A model generated the notes under the pieces. That model searched no databases, had not been told where the DNA came from, and was given only the letters and a program-made list of their open reading frames with translations. A stretch of 64,000 nucleotides of DNA, the filler included. It is 9 parts of 9 records of this genome, joined end to end, with 100 filler letters (N's around TTAATTAATTAA, not from the genome) between each part and the next. Parts side by side here need not be neighbours in the genome. Positions count along the whole stretch, not along the records: positions 1 to 5,345 come from SRR31147125_54746; positions 5,446 to 11,333 come from SRR31147125_54761; 7 more parts are not named here. One strand, given 5' to 3'. A program made the translations under genes and the position numbers. Positions 1 to 8,754 of this stretch are shown here, one piece after another (position 1 is the stretch's first letter; every line of letters begins with the position of its first letter).

Positions 1-1
1 G

Positions 2-627
2 GAAACGTTTATGTTAACCGCGGAAGCCGGTGCTTCTGGATTCCCGGTTATTTCAGGACTTGCTATCGGAATTGATTTTGCTGCTCATAGCGGTACACTT
101 GCTGTACAAGGCAAAACCATCGCAGTTCTTGGATCGGGAATAGGTAACATATATCCTATTTCGAGCAGAAACCTCGCAACAAGAATTATTGATACTGGTG
201 GAGGAATAATTAGTGAATACGCACCCCTGGAACCACCATTGAAATGGCATTTCCCAGAACGAAACAGAATTATCAGCGGATTGTCCAGGTCAACCGTTGT
301 AATAGAGGCTCGGAAAAATCAGGATCTCTCATTACGGCCAATTTTGCGCTTGATCAGGGTCGTGATGTGTATGTTCATATGCTGGGACTGCACAATAGAT
401 TCTCTCAGGGCACAAAAAGACTTGCCGATGACGGCGCTCCGGTAATATCTTCTATGAAAGAGATTTTTCGTGACTGGGGTGTGTCGATTCGCCATATACC
501 GTATGTTTCAATAGTTGAAAACACTGATTCAGTTCACAAAGCATCCTTACAGGATACTGATTTCCGAGAAAAAAGTTGTTATTGTAGATTTCAGGACACA
601 TGGTATAAACTGGAATACAAGGATTAA
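2..627 (+). CDS. dprA: DNA-processing protein DprA (5'-partial; apparent 1-nt frameshift in A-run 314-318)
   Basis: ISGLAIGID, VLGSG and FPERNRIISGLS..VVIEA in one frame, continuing as KSGSLITANFALDQGRDV in another frame; sits upstream of xerC-hslVU. Confidence 0.9.
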
Positions 628-633
628 ATATGC

Positions 634-1536
634 ATGAGTGATCATATACAAGATTATTTGAGATATCTGCGAGATGTCAGAAAACTTTCCGAAAAAAGTA
701 TTATCTCCTATGGAAATGATCTGAAACTATTTGAGGCATATTCTGACGATAAAGGGATACTCATGATGGATATGTCCTATGAACAGGCAAGGAGATTCGT
801 TGCCGAGCTTTCCCGTTCCGGATATAAAAAGAGCAGTATTAACAGAACTCTCTCCGCTCTTAAAGGATTTTACTCATATTGTATACGATATGATGTTTGC
901 AGCATTAATCCATTCAGCCGCATAAAAAGTTTTGGAGGCGGACGTCGATTGCCGGTAGTACTGACCAGAGATGAAATCCAGACTCTTTTCAATGCTCCCG
1001 GGAATGATTTCACTGGAACTCGCGACCGTGTAATATTTGAACTGCTGTACTCAACCGGGTGTCGTCTGTCTGAGCTTATTCAGATGAATCGGGAAGACAT
1101 ACAGTTGAATGAAGAGGTAATAAAGGTTATGGGAAAAGGTGGGAAGGAACGCTACCTGTTCCTGACCGAATCGGCAAAAAAAGTGACGGATTTATACCTT
1201 GGAATGGTTAAAAGAAAAGTATTCCCAAGCGATAAAGTATCTGGTGAGGACAAAGGTGCACTGCTTGTGAATACAAGAGGTCAGCGTCTTACACCTCAAG
1301 GTGTTCATCACATATTCAGGAAATACCTCAATAAGCTGGGTATTACGAAACATATTACACCACATACATTTCGGCACACATTTGCTACACACTTAATGGA
1401 GAATGATGCCGGAATCAGGGTTGTCCAGGAGTTACTCGGGCATGAAAATATTTCAACAACACAGATATACTCGCACGTAAGTGCTGAACGCCTGAAGGAA
1501 GTCTACAGAAAAAGTCATCCGCACGGCAATCAATAA
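634..1536 (+). CDS. xerC: XerC/XerD-type tyrosine recombinase
   Basis: ELLYSTGCRLSE, GKGGKER, HTFRHTFATH, VQELLGH and TTQIY catalytic motifs; 300 aa; classic position before hslV. Confidence 0.88.
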   Translation: MSDHIQDYLRYLRDVRKLSEKSIISYGNDLKLFEAYSDDKGILMMDMSYEQARRFVAELSRSGYKKSSINRTLSALKGFYSYCIRYDVCSINPFSRIKSFGGGRRLPVVLTRDEIQTLFNAPGNDFTGTRDRVIFELLYSTGCRLSELIQMNREDIQLNEEVIKVMGKGGKERYLFLTESAKKVTDLYLGMVKRKVFPSDKVSGEDKGALLVNTRGQRLTPQGVHHIFRKYLNKLGITKHITPHTFRHTFATHLMENDAGIRVVQELLGHENISTTQIYSHVSAERLKEVYRKSHPHGNQ

Positions 1537-1564
1537 TGTAAAATGAGCAAGGAGCAAGAAAATA

Positions 1565-2098
1565 ATGAGTTTTGAAGGAACAACGATACTGGCAGTCAAA
1601 CGGAATGGGCAAACCGCTATTGCCGGAGACGGCCAGGTTACACTTGGAAATACAGTAATGAAGGGCAATGCCCGCAAAGTGCGCAGAATGTTTCAGGGTA
1701 AGGTGATTACCGGATTTGCCGGTGCGACTGCTGACGCATTTACACTATTTGAACTTTTTGAGAAAAAGTTGAATCAATTCAATGGTGATTTAACCAGATC
1801 GGCAGTTGAACTGGCAAAGGAGTGGAGAACGGACCGTACTTTGAGAAAACTGGAAGCCATGATGCTCGTTGCGGATGATCAGAAAATTTACCTGATTTCA
1901 GGAACTGGAGATGTGATAGAGCCGGAAACTGGAGCCATTGCGATAGGTTCAGGTGGAAGTTATGCCTACGCGGCCGCAAGGGGGTATCTTGACGGATCTG
2001 ATTTACAAGCAGCAGAGATAGCCAGGAAGTCACTGGAAATTGCTGCTGAAATATGTATATACACGAATACAAATATTATTGTGGAGGAAATTGGATGA
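1565..2098 (+). CDS. hslV: ATP-dependent protease subunit HslV
   Basis: N-terminal [35 protein letters not shown]. Confidence 0.97.
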   Translation: MSFEGTTILAVKRNGQTAIAGDGQVTLGNTVMKGNARKVRRMFQGKVITGFAGATADAFTLFELFEKKLNQFNGDLTRSAVELAKEWRTDRTLRKLEAMMLVADDQKIYLISGTGDVIEPETGAIAIGSGGSYAYAAARGYLDGSDLQAAEIARKSLEIAAEICIYTNTNIIVEEIG

Positions 2099-3566
2099 GC
2101 ATGAAAGATTTAGACACCATGACTCCCTCAGAGATTGTGGAAGAACTGAATAAGTATATTATCAGCCAGGATAAGGCAAAAAGGGCAGTAGCCATAGCGC
2201 TGCGAAGCAGGATCAGAAGAAAGAAATTACCGGATTCCATACGTGATGAAGTATCTCCGAAAAACATCATCATGATTGGCCCCACAGGCGTAGGTAAGAC
2301 CGAGATTGCCCGTAGACTTTCTAAACTGAGTGGAGCACCCTTTATAAAGGTGGAAGCTACCAAGTTTACGGAAGTTGGCTATGTCGGCAGGGATGTGGAA
2401 TCTATGGTGCGTGATTTGATGAGTGTTGCGGTTTCCATGGTAAAAACCGAACTGGCGGAACAGGTCAGGGGTAAAGCTGAAGAGAATGCGGAAAACCAGT
2501 TACTGGACCTTTTGCTTCCAGGAATGAAAAATAGTGCCTCAAATAGCGAATCCTCTCATACACAAACTGAAAAAGTGTCCGACGGGCCGAAAAAAGATAA
2601 TGTTATTGTGGTTGACAGCCTTGGGAGAGCCAATCAGGGCAGTACCGTGTACGATGGGACAACTGGTTCATACAAAACAAATACCGGTTCCACAAAGGAA
2701 AAACTGAGAAAACTGCTGCGTGACGGAGCTTTGGATTCCCGGGAAATTGAGGTAACGGTTTCACCGAAGGGGCCGAAGGGTGTCGAGTTATTTGCCGGTG
2801 GTAATATGGAAGATATGCAGAATGCTCTCAATAGTATCGGGAATATTTTCGGCAGTAAAAAGAAAAAGAAAAAGTTACCGTTGAACAGGCGAAACAGATC
2901 CTCCTTGATGATGAGATGGAAAAACTGATAGATACCGATAATGCTTCGGAAATAGCAAAAGATCGTGTGGAACAGATGGGTATCATCTTCATCGATGAAA
3001 TAGATAAAGTAGCAGCTGGCCATCGGGGAGGCAGCGGCAGCCCGGACATATCTCGGGAAGGGGTTCAGAGAGACATTCTGCCGATAGTCGAGGGTTCAAA
3101 AGTGAATACGAAGTATGGGATTGTAGATACTTCTCACATTCTCTTTATTGCTGCCGGAGCATTTCATATAAGTAAACCATCTGACCTTATTCCTGAACTG
3201 CAAGGTCGTTTCCCAATACGTGTGGAACTTGAAGACCTTACCAGTAAAGATTTTTGCAGGATACTGACAGAGCCGGAAAACGCGATTGCCAAGCAGTATA
3301 TTGAATTGATGAAGACTGAAGATGTACATCTTGAGTTTACAGAAGATGCCATCCAGCGTCTGGGTGAAATTGCCGCTGAAGTGAATTCCAGATCTGAAAA
3401 CATTGGTGCCAGACGTTTACAGACAATTATGGAACTTCTACTGGATGAATTGTCTTTTCATGCTTCGGAGATGGCTGGTCAGACTGTAACCGTTACTCCC
3501 GATTATGTTAATCAGCGATTGGTTGATATTGTAGAAGATCAGGACCTCAGCAGGTATATATTATAA
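2095..3566 (+). CDS. hslU: ATP-dependent protease ATPase HslU (apparent 1-nt frameshift in A-rich run 2857-2874)
   Basis: [14 protein letters not shown] and [12 protein letters not shown] in the first frame; [25 protein letters not shown] and DLSRYIL in the second; ATG overlaps the hslV stop. Confidence 0.95.
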
Positions 3567-3567
3567 G

Positions 3568-3595
3568 TTGATAATTTCTCAAATAAACTTATACT
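3568..3595 (+). promoter_or_regulatory. possible sigma70-type promoter for flhF-flhG
   Basis: TTGATA-16 bp-TATACT in the 60-bp hslU-flhF gap. Confidence 0.35.
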
Positions 3596-3626
3596 TATAT
3601 CAAGGTTGATGAACTGAGAGGGATAC

Positions 3627-4843
3627 ATGCAATATTTCACTGTGAAAGCTCCGGATTATGAATCCGCGGTCAGAAAAATACGAGAAAAATATGGTGATCT
3701 GGCAAGAATCCACAGTAAGAAGAGTATTTCAGGTAAAGGATTATTCAGAAAAAAGAGTACCTCGAGGTAACGGGATATCTCCTGACTAAATCTCCCGAAA
3801 CCTGGGATGGGACAAATGAACAGCTGAATGAAGAGTCTCAACCGTATCAGGAAGGAATGGATGCGGTTATGAAAGAGATCAATCAGCTGAAAACAGAACT
3901 GAAAGCGGCTATTGGTTCAGAGCAATCGCAGGAAAACGATGGTGAAGATGCATTACGCCGCATAAGTTCGATACTTGAAGATAACGATTTCTCACGCCCC
4001 TATATACGCTATATAACAGAAAATCTGGTGAAGGATTTCCCGGAAAAGATACCGGATGATAATCTTCTTCTTGAATCAAAGGTAATTGGGTATATAAACG
4101 ACTCAATACATATTGATGCAAAGCATCAGAAAACACCACCTGGAAGGATGGCTGTGCTGGGACCTACCGGCGTTGGAAAAACCACTACAATAGCAAAAAT
4201 TGCCGCACTGCACGGATTGCTGAAAACATCGCCTGGAGATAACCGGGATTCGAATCTGCAGCATGATAATCGTGTTTCTATAGTCACTATCGATAATTAC
4301 AGAATCGGTGCCCGCCATCAGATTGAGACATTTGGAGATATTATGTCCATCCCGGTCAGCAGTGCAGACAGTCCGGTTACTCTTGATCAATTCTTAAGAG
4401 ATAAACATGTTCGTTCATCCGAACTGGTTTTGATTGATACCATTGGAAAGAGTCCTAAAGATCAGGATATTTACGATGAAATGCAGAGAATTCTCTCTGT
4501 ATGCGGTTCTGACACAGTTTTTGCGTTAGCTTTAGCAGCCTCCATGAAATATGCCGATATGGTCGAAACCATAGAAAGATTTAAACCGTTTCGGATATCA
4601 ACGCTGATTATAACCAAACTGGATGAGACTTCAATCCTGGGGAATATTGTAAGTATTGCACATCATACCAATCTTCCTATTCTTTATTTGGCTACAGGGC
4701 AGAAAGTGCCTCAGGACCTGCTGCATGCCACGAAAGGATATTTCCTGAGGAAGCTTAAGAATTTCACCGTGGATGTCGAACATCTGGATTTCGGTACATT
4801 TGATGATGCCGGCGATAAGAATTTGTTTGAAAGGTTGGACTAG
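3627..4843 (+). CDS. flhF: SRP-family GTPase FlhF (apparent frameshift in A-run 3749-3754)
   Basis: RBS and ATG at 3627 give a spirochaete-like N-terminus (MQYFTVKA..IREKYG); [26 protein letters not shown] and GQKVP motifs in ORF 3857-4843. Confidence 0.9.
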
Positions 4844-5345
4844 ATGACGGATCAGGCAGAAACCTTACGTGAAATGGTATCCCGGAAAACGAAAATCATT
4901 GCCTTTCTGACTTCAGGAAAAGGAGAAGGACTCTATTCAATTATCATGAATCTCGCTGTTGCCTGCATAATTCTGAAAAAGCGGGTTCTGATAATGGACA
5001 GTGGAACTGTTCTCCTGAGAAAACTAACCAGAGGGCAGGGTCTGAAGGGCGGAAAGAGATATAAAACCAGTATTGACCTGCTTGAAAAAGGCAGCAGAAT
5101 CCAGGAAGTACTGGCAAAAACACCATATGGAGTCAGATTGATATCCGGTATTGAGGAATTACTGCATGAAAGAATAAGAGAACGCGGTGATGATGCTCTG
5201 GAGCATGTAAAGAGTGAATTCTCAAAACTGCATGAAGCAGATTTTATATTTCTGCATCTGTCTCCGGGGAAATCATCTGACAATATCCATTTAGTATCCG
5301 GATCCGATAAGCTGATTATCGTATCAACACCCGATATTGAAAAAA
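4844..5345 (+). CDS. flhG: FlhG/FleN (MinD-like) protein with degenerate P-loop, 3'-partial
   Basis: N-terminal DQAETLR activator motif; TSGKG..NLA, KTPYGVRLISG and IIVSTPD; directly after flhF. Confidence 0.8.
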
Positions 5346-5445
5346 NNNNNNNNNNNNNNNNNNNNNNNNNNNNNNNNNNNNNNNNNNNNTTAATTAATTA
5401 ANNNNNNNNNNNNNNNNNNNNNNNNNNNNNNNNNNNNNNNNNNNN
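5346..5445. other. artificial contig linker
   Basis: N-run/TTAATTAATTAA/N-run with stops in all six frames. Confidence 0.98.
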
Positions 5446-6022
5446 AAATCAGTGATCAATACTGCCTTGGCACCCATTCCTTTGGCAGCCTGTCCAACAA
5501 GATTACCGATAGGTCCGGCACCCATAACTACTATATTCTTCCCTGCAACAGAACTTGAGCGGAAAGTGCATGACAGGCTACTGCAACAGGTTCAACCATA
5601 GCTCCTTCTTCAGGAGTCATCCTTTCAGGAAGTTTCAGCACTCTATCTGCATCACATGTAAAAAACTCACTAGCCATACCAGTAGTCTGAAATCCCATAA
5701 CTTTTAAATTATCACAAATATGATAGCTTGCATGAGTACATGGGTAGCATTTATCACAAACTACCTGTGGTTGGATTGTAACTAAATCTCCTTCGGTAAA
5801 ATCATGCACTCCTAATCCAGTTTTAATTATCTTTCCAGATACTTCATGCCCTTGTGTAACTGGATATGAGGTGTATGGATGCATTCCATGATTGACATGG
5901 ATATCACTGCCGCAAACTCCGATACGAAGGATTTTTATCAATATTTCACCCGGTTCCGGCTCTTTTACAGGGGTATCCTGAAAATTTATCTCTCCGGGAG
6001 CTGTCATAACCTGCTGAATCAT
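5446..6022 (-). CDS. Zn-dependent medium-chain (sorbitol/threonine-type) dehydrogenase, 3'-partial, frameshift near 5561
   Basis: CGSDIH, GHE, CDKCYPC..C zinc motifs, EP; the Rossmann VVMGAGPIG motif continues in another frame. Confidence 0.88.
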
Positions 6023-6147
6023 CTAAATCTCCTTTCTTCTCATGCCTCACTTGGTTATAAACAAATGTTACAGAAATCCAAGTTTACCAAAGTTGAGTCA
6101 TTGCTAAACTAATTACCGATTATTTTTTATTACGTAAATGAACCAGT

Positions 6148-7032
6148 TTATTTTTCAGTACTATGTACTCGTAAAAGCAAGTCCTTCAGGACTGGGCCCT
6201 GAGCATAAATATGAGCGGAAAGCTCTCTAGCAGCATATTTCCAATCTTTATTTATTAAAAACTTAATAATATTTTCATGTTGTTTGATCATTTCATCAGC
6301 AACAGAAATCTCAGGAGTCGCAAAATCAAAAAGCATGGAATAATACATTGGAACATATTGGCAAAAATAATCATGAATATATTTATTACCGGATTTATCG
6401 ATGATGTACTGATGTAGTTTATTATCAAGGTAACCTTTTTTTGATTTTTCCAATCTCAGATTGTTCTCAAGCAGTCTTTCCAAATCTTCTTTGACTAATC
6501 TCGACTTGGCCAGATCCAGGGCTTTTAACTCAAGAATTTCCCTTATCTCTATATATGCAAAAACATCTTCTTCACAAAGAGGATGCACTAACCACCCCCT
6601 ATGGGGTTTATGGTCTATGAGTCCTGCTCCAGCAAACCTGTTGAAAGATTGACGAATTATGGACCTTCCAATACCATACTGATTTGAAAGCACATCTTCC
6701 CTTAAATATACAGCTTCTGCATTTAAACTTTTATGCATTATCTCCAAAATCAGGACTTCATCCCAGTCAGTCTGCACTTTTGGGGGTTTAATATGTTTTA
6801 TATGTTTCAAATCCTTTTGCATGCCTAAAAATTCAGGATTTACCATCAATCGTCCATTCGGCTGTTTTATTACATAGGCGGTTTTAACCAATTCCTCAAT
6901 TGCAGACCTGACAGTTGTCAGACTAACACCATAGCTTTTTGATATTCCTTCTAGCGTAAATTTTTCGGGCATTTTTAACCCGGATTGAATTCTTTGCTGA
7001 AGGTCTTCCTGAAGGTATGTAGATAATTTCAT
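6148..7032 (-). CDS. GntR-family regulator with two wHTH domains plus an FCD-like domain
   Basis: YGVSLTTVRSAIEEL and YGIGRSIIRQSFNRF..GLI HTH segments; EIREILE, DNKLH and H..II FCD-like motifs. Confidence 0.8.
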   Translation of the reverse strand: MKLSTYLQEDLQQRIQSGLKMPEKFTLEGISKSYGVSLTTVRSAIEELVKTAYVIKQPNGRLMVNPEFLGMQKDLKHIKHIKPPKVQTDWDEVLILEIMHKSLNAEAVYLREDVLSNQYGIGRSIIRQSFNRFAGAGLIDHKPHRGWLVHPLCEEDVFAYIEIREILELKALDLAKSRLVKEDLERLLENNLRLEKSKKGYLDNKLHQYIIDKSGNKYIHDYFCQYVPMYYSMLFDFATPEISVADEMIKQHENIIKFLINKDWKYAARELSAHIYAQGPVLKDLLLRVHSTEK

Positions 7033-7055
7033 AATTGTTCATCCATGATTATATT

Positions 7056-7069
7056 TATTGTTGACAATA
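7056..7069. promoter_or_regulatory. near-palindromic operator TATTGTTGACAATA upstream of the GntR gene
   Basis: 14-bp near-perfect palindrome about 25 bp upstream of the start; resembles GntR/FadR boxes. Confidence 0.5.
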
Positions 7070-7201
7070 TCATCTTTTACACTGTTTGTAAATAAAAACA
7101 TATATTTACTCAAATATACGCACACAGTAAAATGAAAATATTTAGTCAATATTACCGTCCAATGTTTAAGATAAGAAAACTGAACACTGCTAACTAAGCT
7201 T

Positions 7202-7741
7202 TTATCTTTCTATTTTTGTTTCGATAACTTCTGCGATCTCTGCCGCTACATCAGCTGGTTCTCTTTTCGGAGTAAGTGCTTTTGCATCCGCTTTCGTATT
7301 ACCGACTGAAGCAGCGGTAATAGAATCTACTCCATATCCTGCTAAATCGCTGATTGCTGAAGTTGCCAGCAGAATGGTATTTTCTTTATCGGTAAGATTT
7401 TCCAAATAAGCAGCTGTATCACTCTGTAGACCAAAGGCATAAAAGGTAGAGAAAACGAGAACTACATCCCAGTCGTTTGGGTTTATAATCAACAATGTCT
7501 GAAGATTCTCTACCTGCAGGCGATATTCCGAACCCAGCTTTTCAGCCAACTGGCTGACCACTTCCTGTTTCCAGGGAGTATCTTCTGTGGCTATATATAC
7601 TGAATTGTTACCATTTGGATTTATTGTATAGCTTTCAAACTCTTTTCTGATTGCTCTTGGTGATGCGCAGCTGATGAGTACGATGCCTGCAATTGAAGAT
7701 ACAAGAATAATTGATAAGATTCTTTTGATTTTTCTTTTCAT
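7202..7741 (-). CDS. hypothetical lipoprotein, possibly flavodoxin-like alpha/beta fold
   Basis: basic N-terminus, hydrophobic core and LISC lipobox; VDSITAAS motif. Confidence 0.7.
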   Translation of the reverse strand: MKRKIKRILSIILVSSIAGIVLISCASPRAIRKEFESYTINPNGNNSVYIATEDTPWKQEVVSQLAEKLGSEYRLQVENLQTLLIINPNDWDVVLVFSTFYAFGLQSDTAAYLENLTDKENTILLATSAISDLAGYGVDSITAASVGNTKADAKALTPKREPADVAAEIAEVIETKIER

Positions 7742-7827
7742 ATTGCTTCCTTAAACAACTTCGGTAACCACCATATGATTAGTGCTACTTCTTAATTCAG
7801 AAACGGTAACAGGTATGCAGTTAGTTT

Positions 7828-8754
7828 TCAGCCCCCGACAATGGCTTCCAGACCATACTCCTTAAATATCTCTACAATTCTTTTTAGCCTGTTTTCAGTT
7901 GGAGCCTCCATCATCTCTGCTTCATACTCCCATCCCAGCTTTGTATACTTGCTTTCAGCGATATCATGATAGGGAAGCAGATGAATAGCTTTTGGTTTTT
8001 GGGTAAGTGAAGCTACAAACTCTGCTGTTGCTGTTATATTCTCTTCATCGTCATTAATACCTGAAATCACAGGTATGCGAATCAAAAAGGCAGCTTTCTG
8101 TTCTGACAGAGCCTGCAGATTCTTCAATATAATACCATTATCAACACCGGTATATGTGCAATGCTTTTCCGGATCCATTATCTTCAAATCATAAAGAAAG
8201 AGATTGGTTTTTTCAGCCACTTTCAACATCAGATCGGTGGCTGCATAACCTGAAGTGTCCACAGCAGTGTGGACTCCTGTCTGGCTACAGGCTTCAAGTA
8301 ATGCCAATAGAAACTGCGGCTGCGCCAGCGGCTCTCCTCCTGAGAAGGTGACTCCACCGCCGGAATTATCACTTACAACCCGTTCCCTCTCAATTACTGC
8401 CATTACTTCACCAACACTCATCTCAGTGCCGGACAGCTCCCTTGCCTTTGGAGGACAAATCTCGACACAGTCACCGCACAACTGACAACGTTCAAGATCA
8501 GTTAATACACCCTCTGAGGTCATGCTGCAAGCTCCATACTTACAAACATGTATACATTCAAGGCAGCCTATACATTTTCCCGCAGAATACAGCATTTGTT
8601 GTCCATGATCCCGGCTTTCAGGATTATGACACCAGGAACAAGAGAGAGGACAACCTTTCATGAATATGGTAACGCGAATTCCCGGACCATCGTGGATAGC
8701 AAAACGTTTTATATCGAAAATATGATTACCGCTGATACCTACCCCCCGAATCAT
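7828..8754 (-). CDS. glycyl-radical enzyme activating enzyme (radical SAM)
   Basis: HDGPGIR, CPLSCSWCHNPES, two ferredoxin-like CxxCxxCxxxC inserts, GGEP; start overlaps the stop of the glycyl-radical enzyme. Confidence 0.95.
   Translation of the reverse strand: MIRGVGISGNHIFDIKRFAIHDGPGIRVTIFMKGCPLSCSWCHNPESRDHGQQMLYSAGKCIGCLECIHVCKYGACSMTSEGVLTDLERCQLCGDCVEICPPKARELSGTEMSVGEVMAVIERERVVSDNSGGGVTFSGGEPLAQPQFLLALLEACSQTGVHTAVDTSGYAATDLMLKVAEKTNLFLYDLKIMDPEKHCTYTGVDNGIILKNLQALSEQKAAFLIRIPVISGINDDEENITATAEFVASLTQKPKAIHLLPYHDIAESKYTKLGWEYEAEMMEAPTENRLKRIVEIFKEYGLEAIVGG

Noticed and set aside
634-1536. Integrase of a mobile element
   Set aside because: Size and the dprA-xerC-hslVU context indicate chromosomal Xer.
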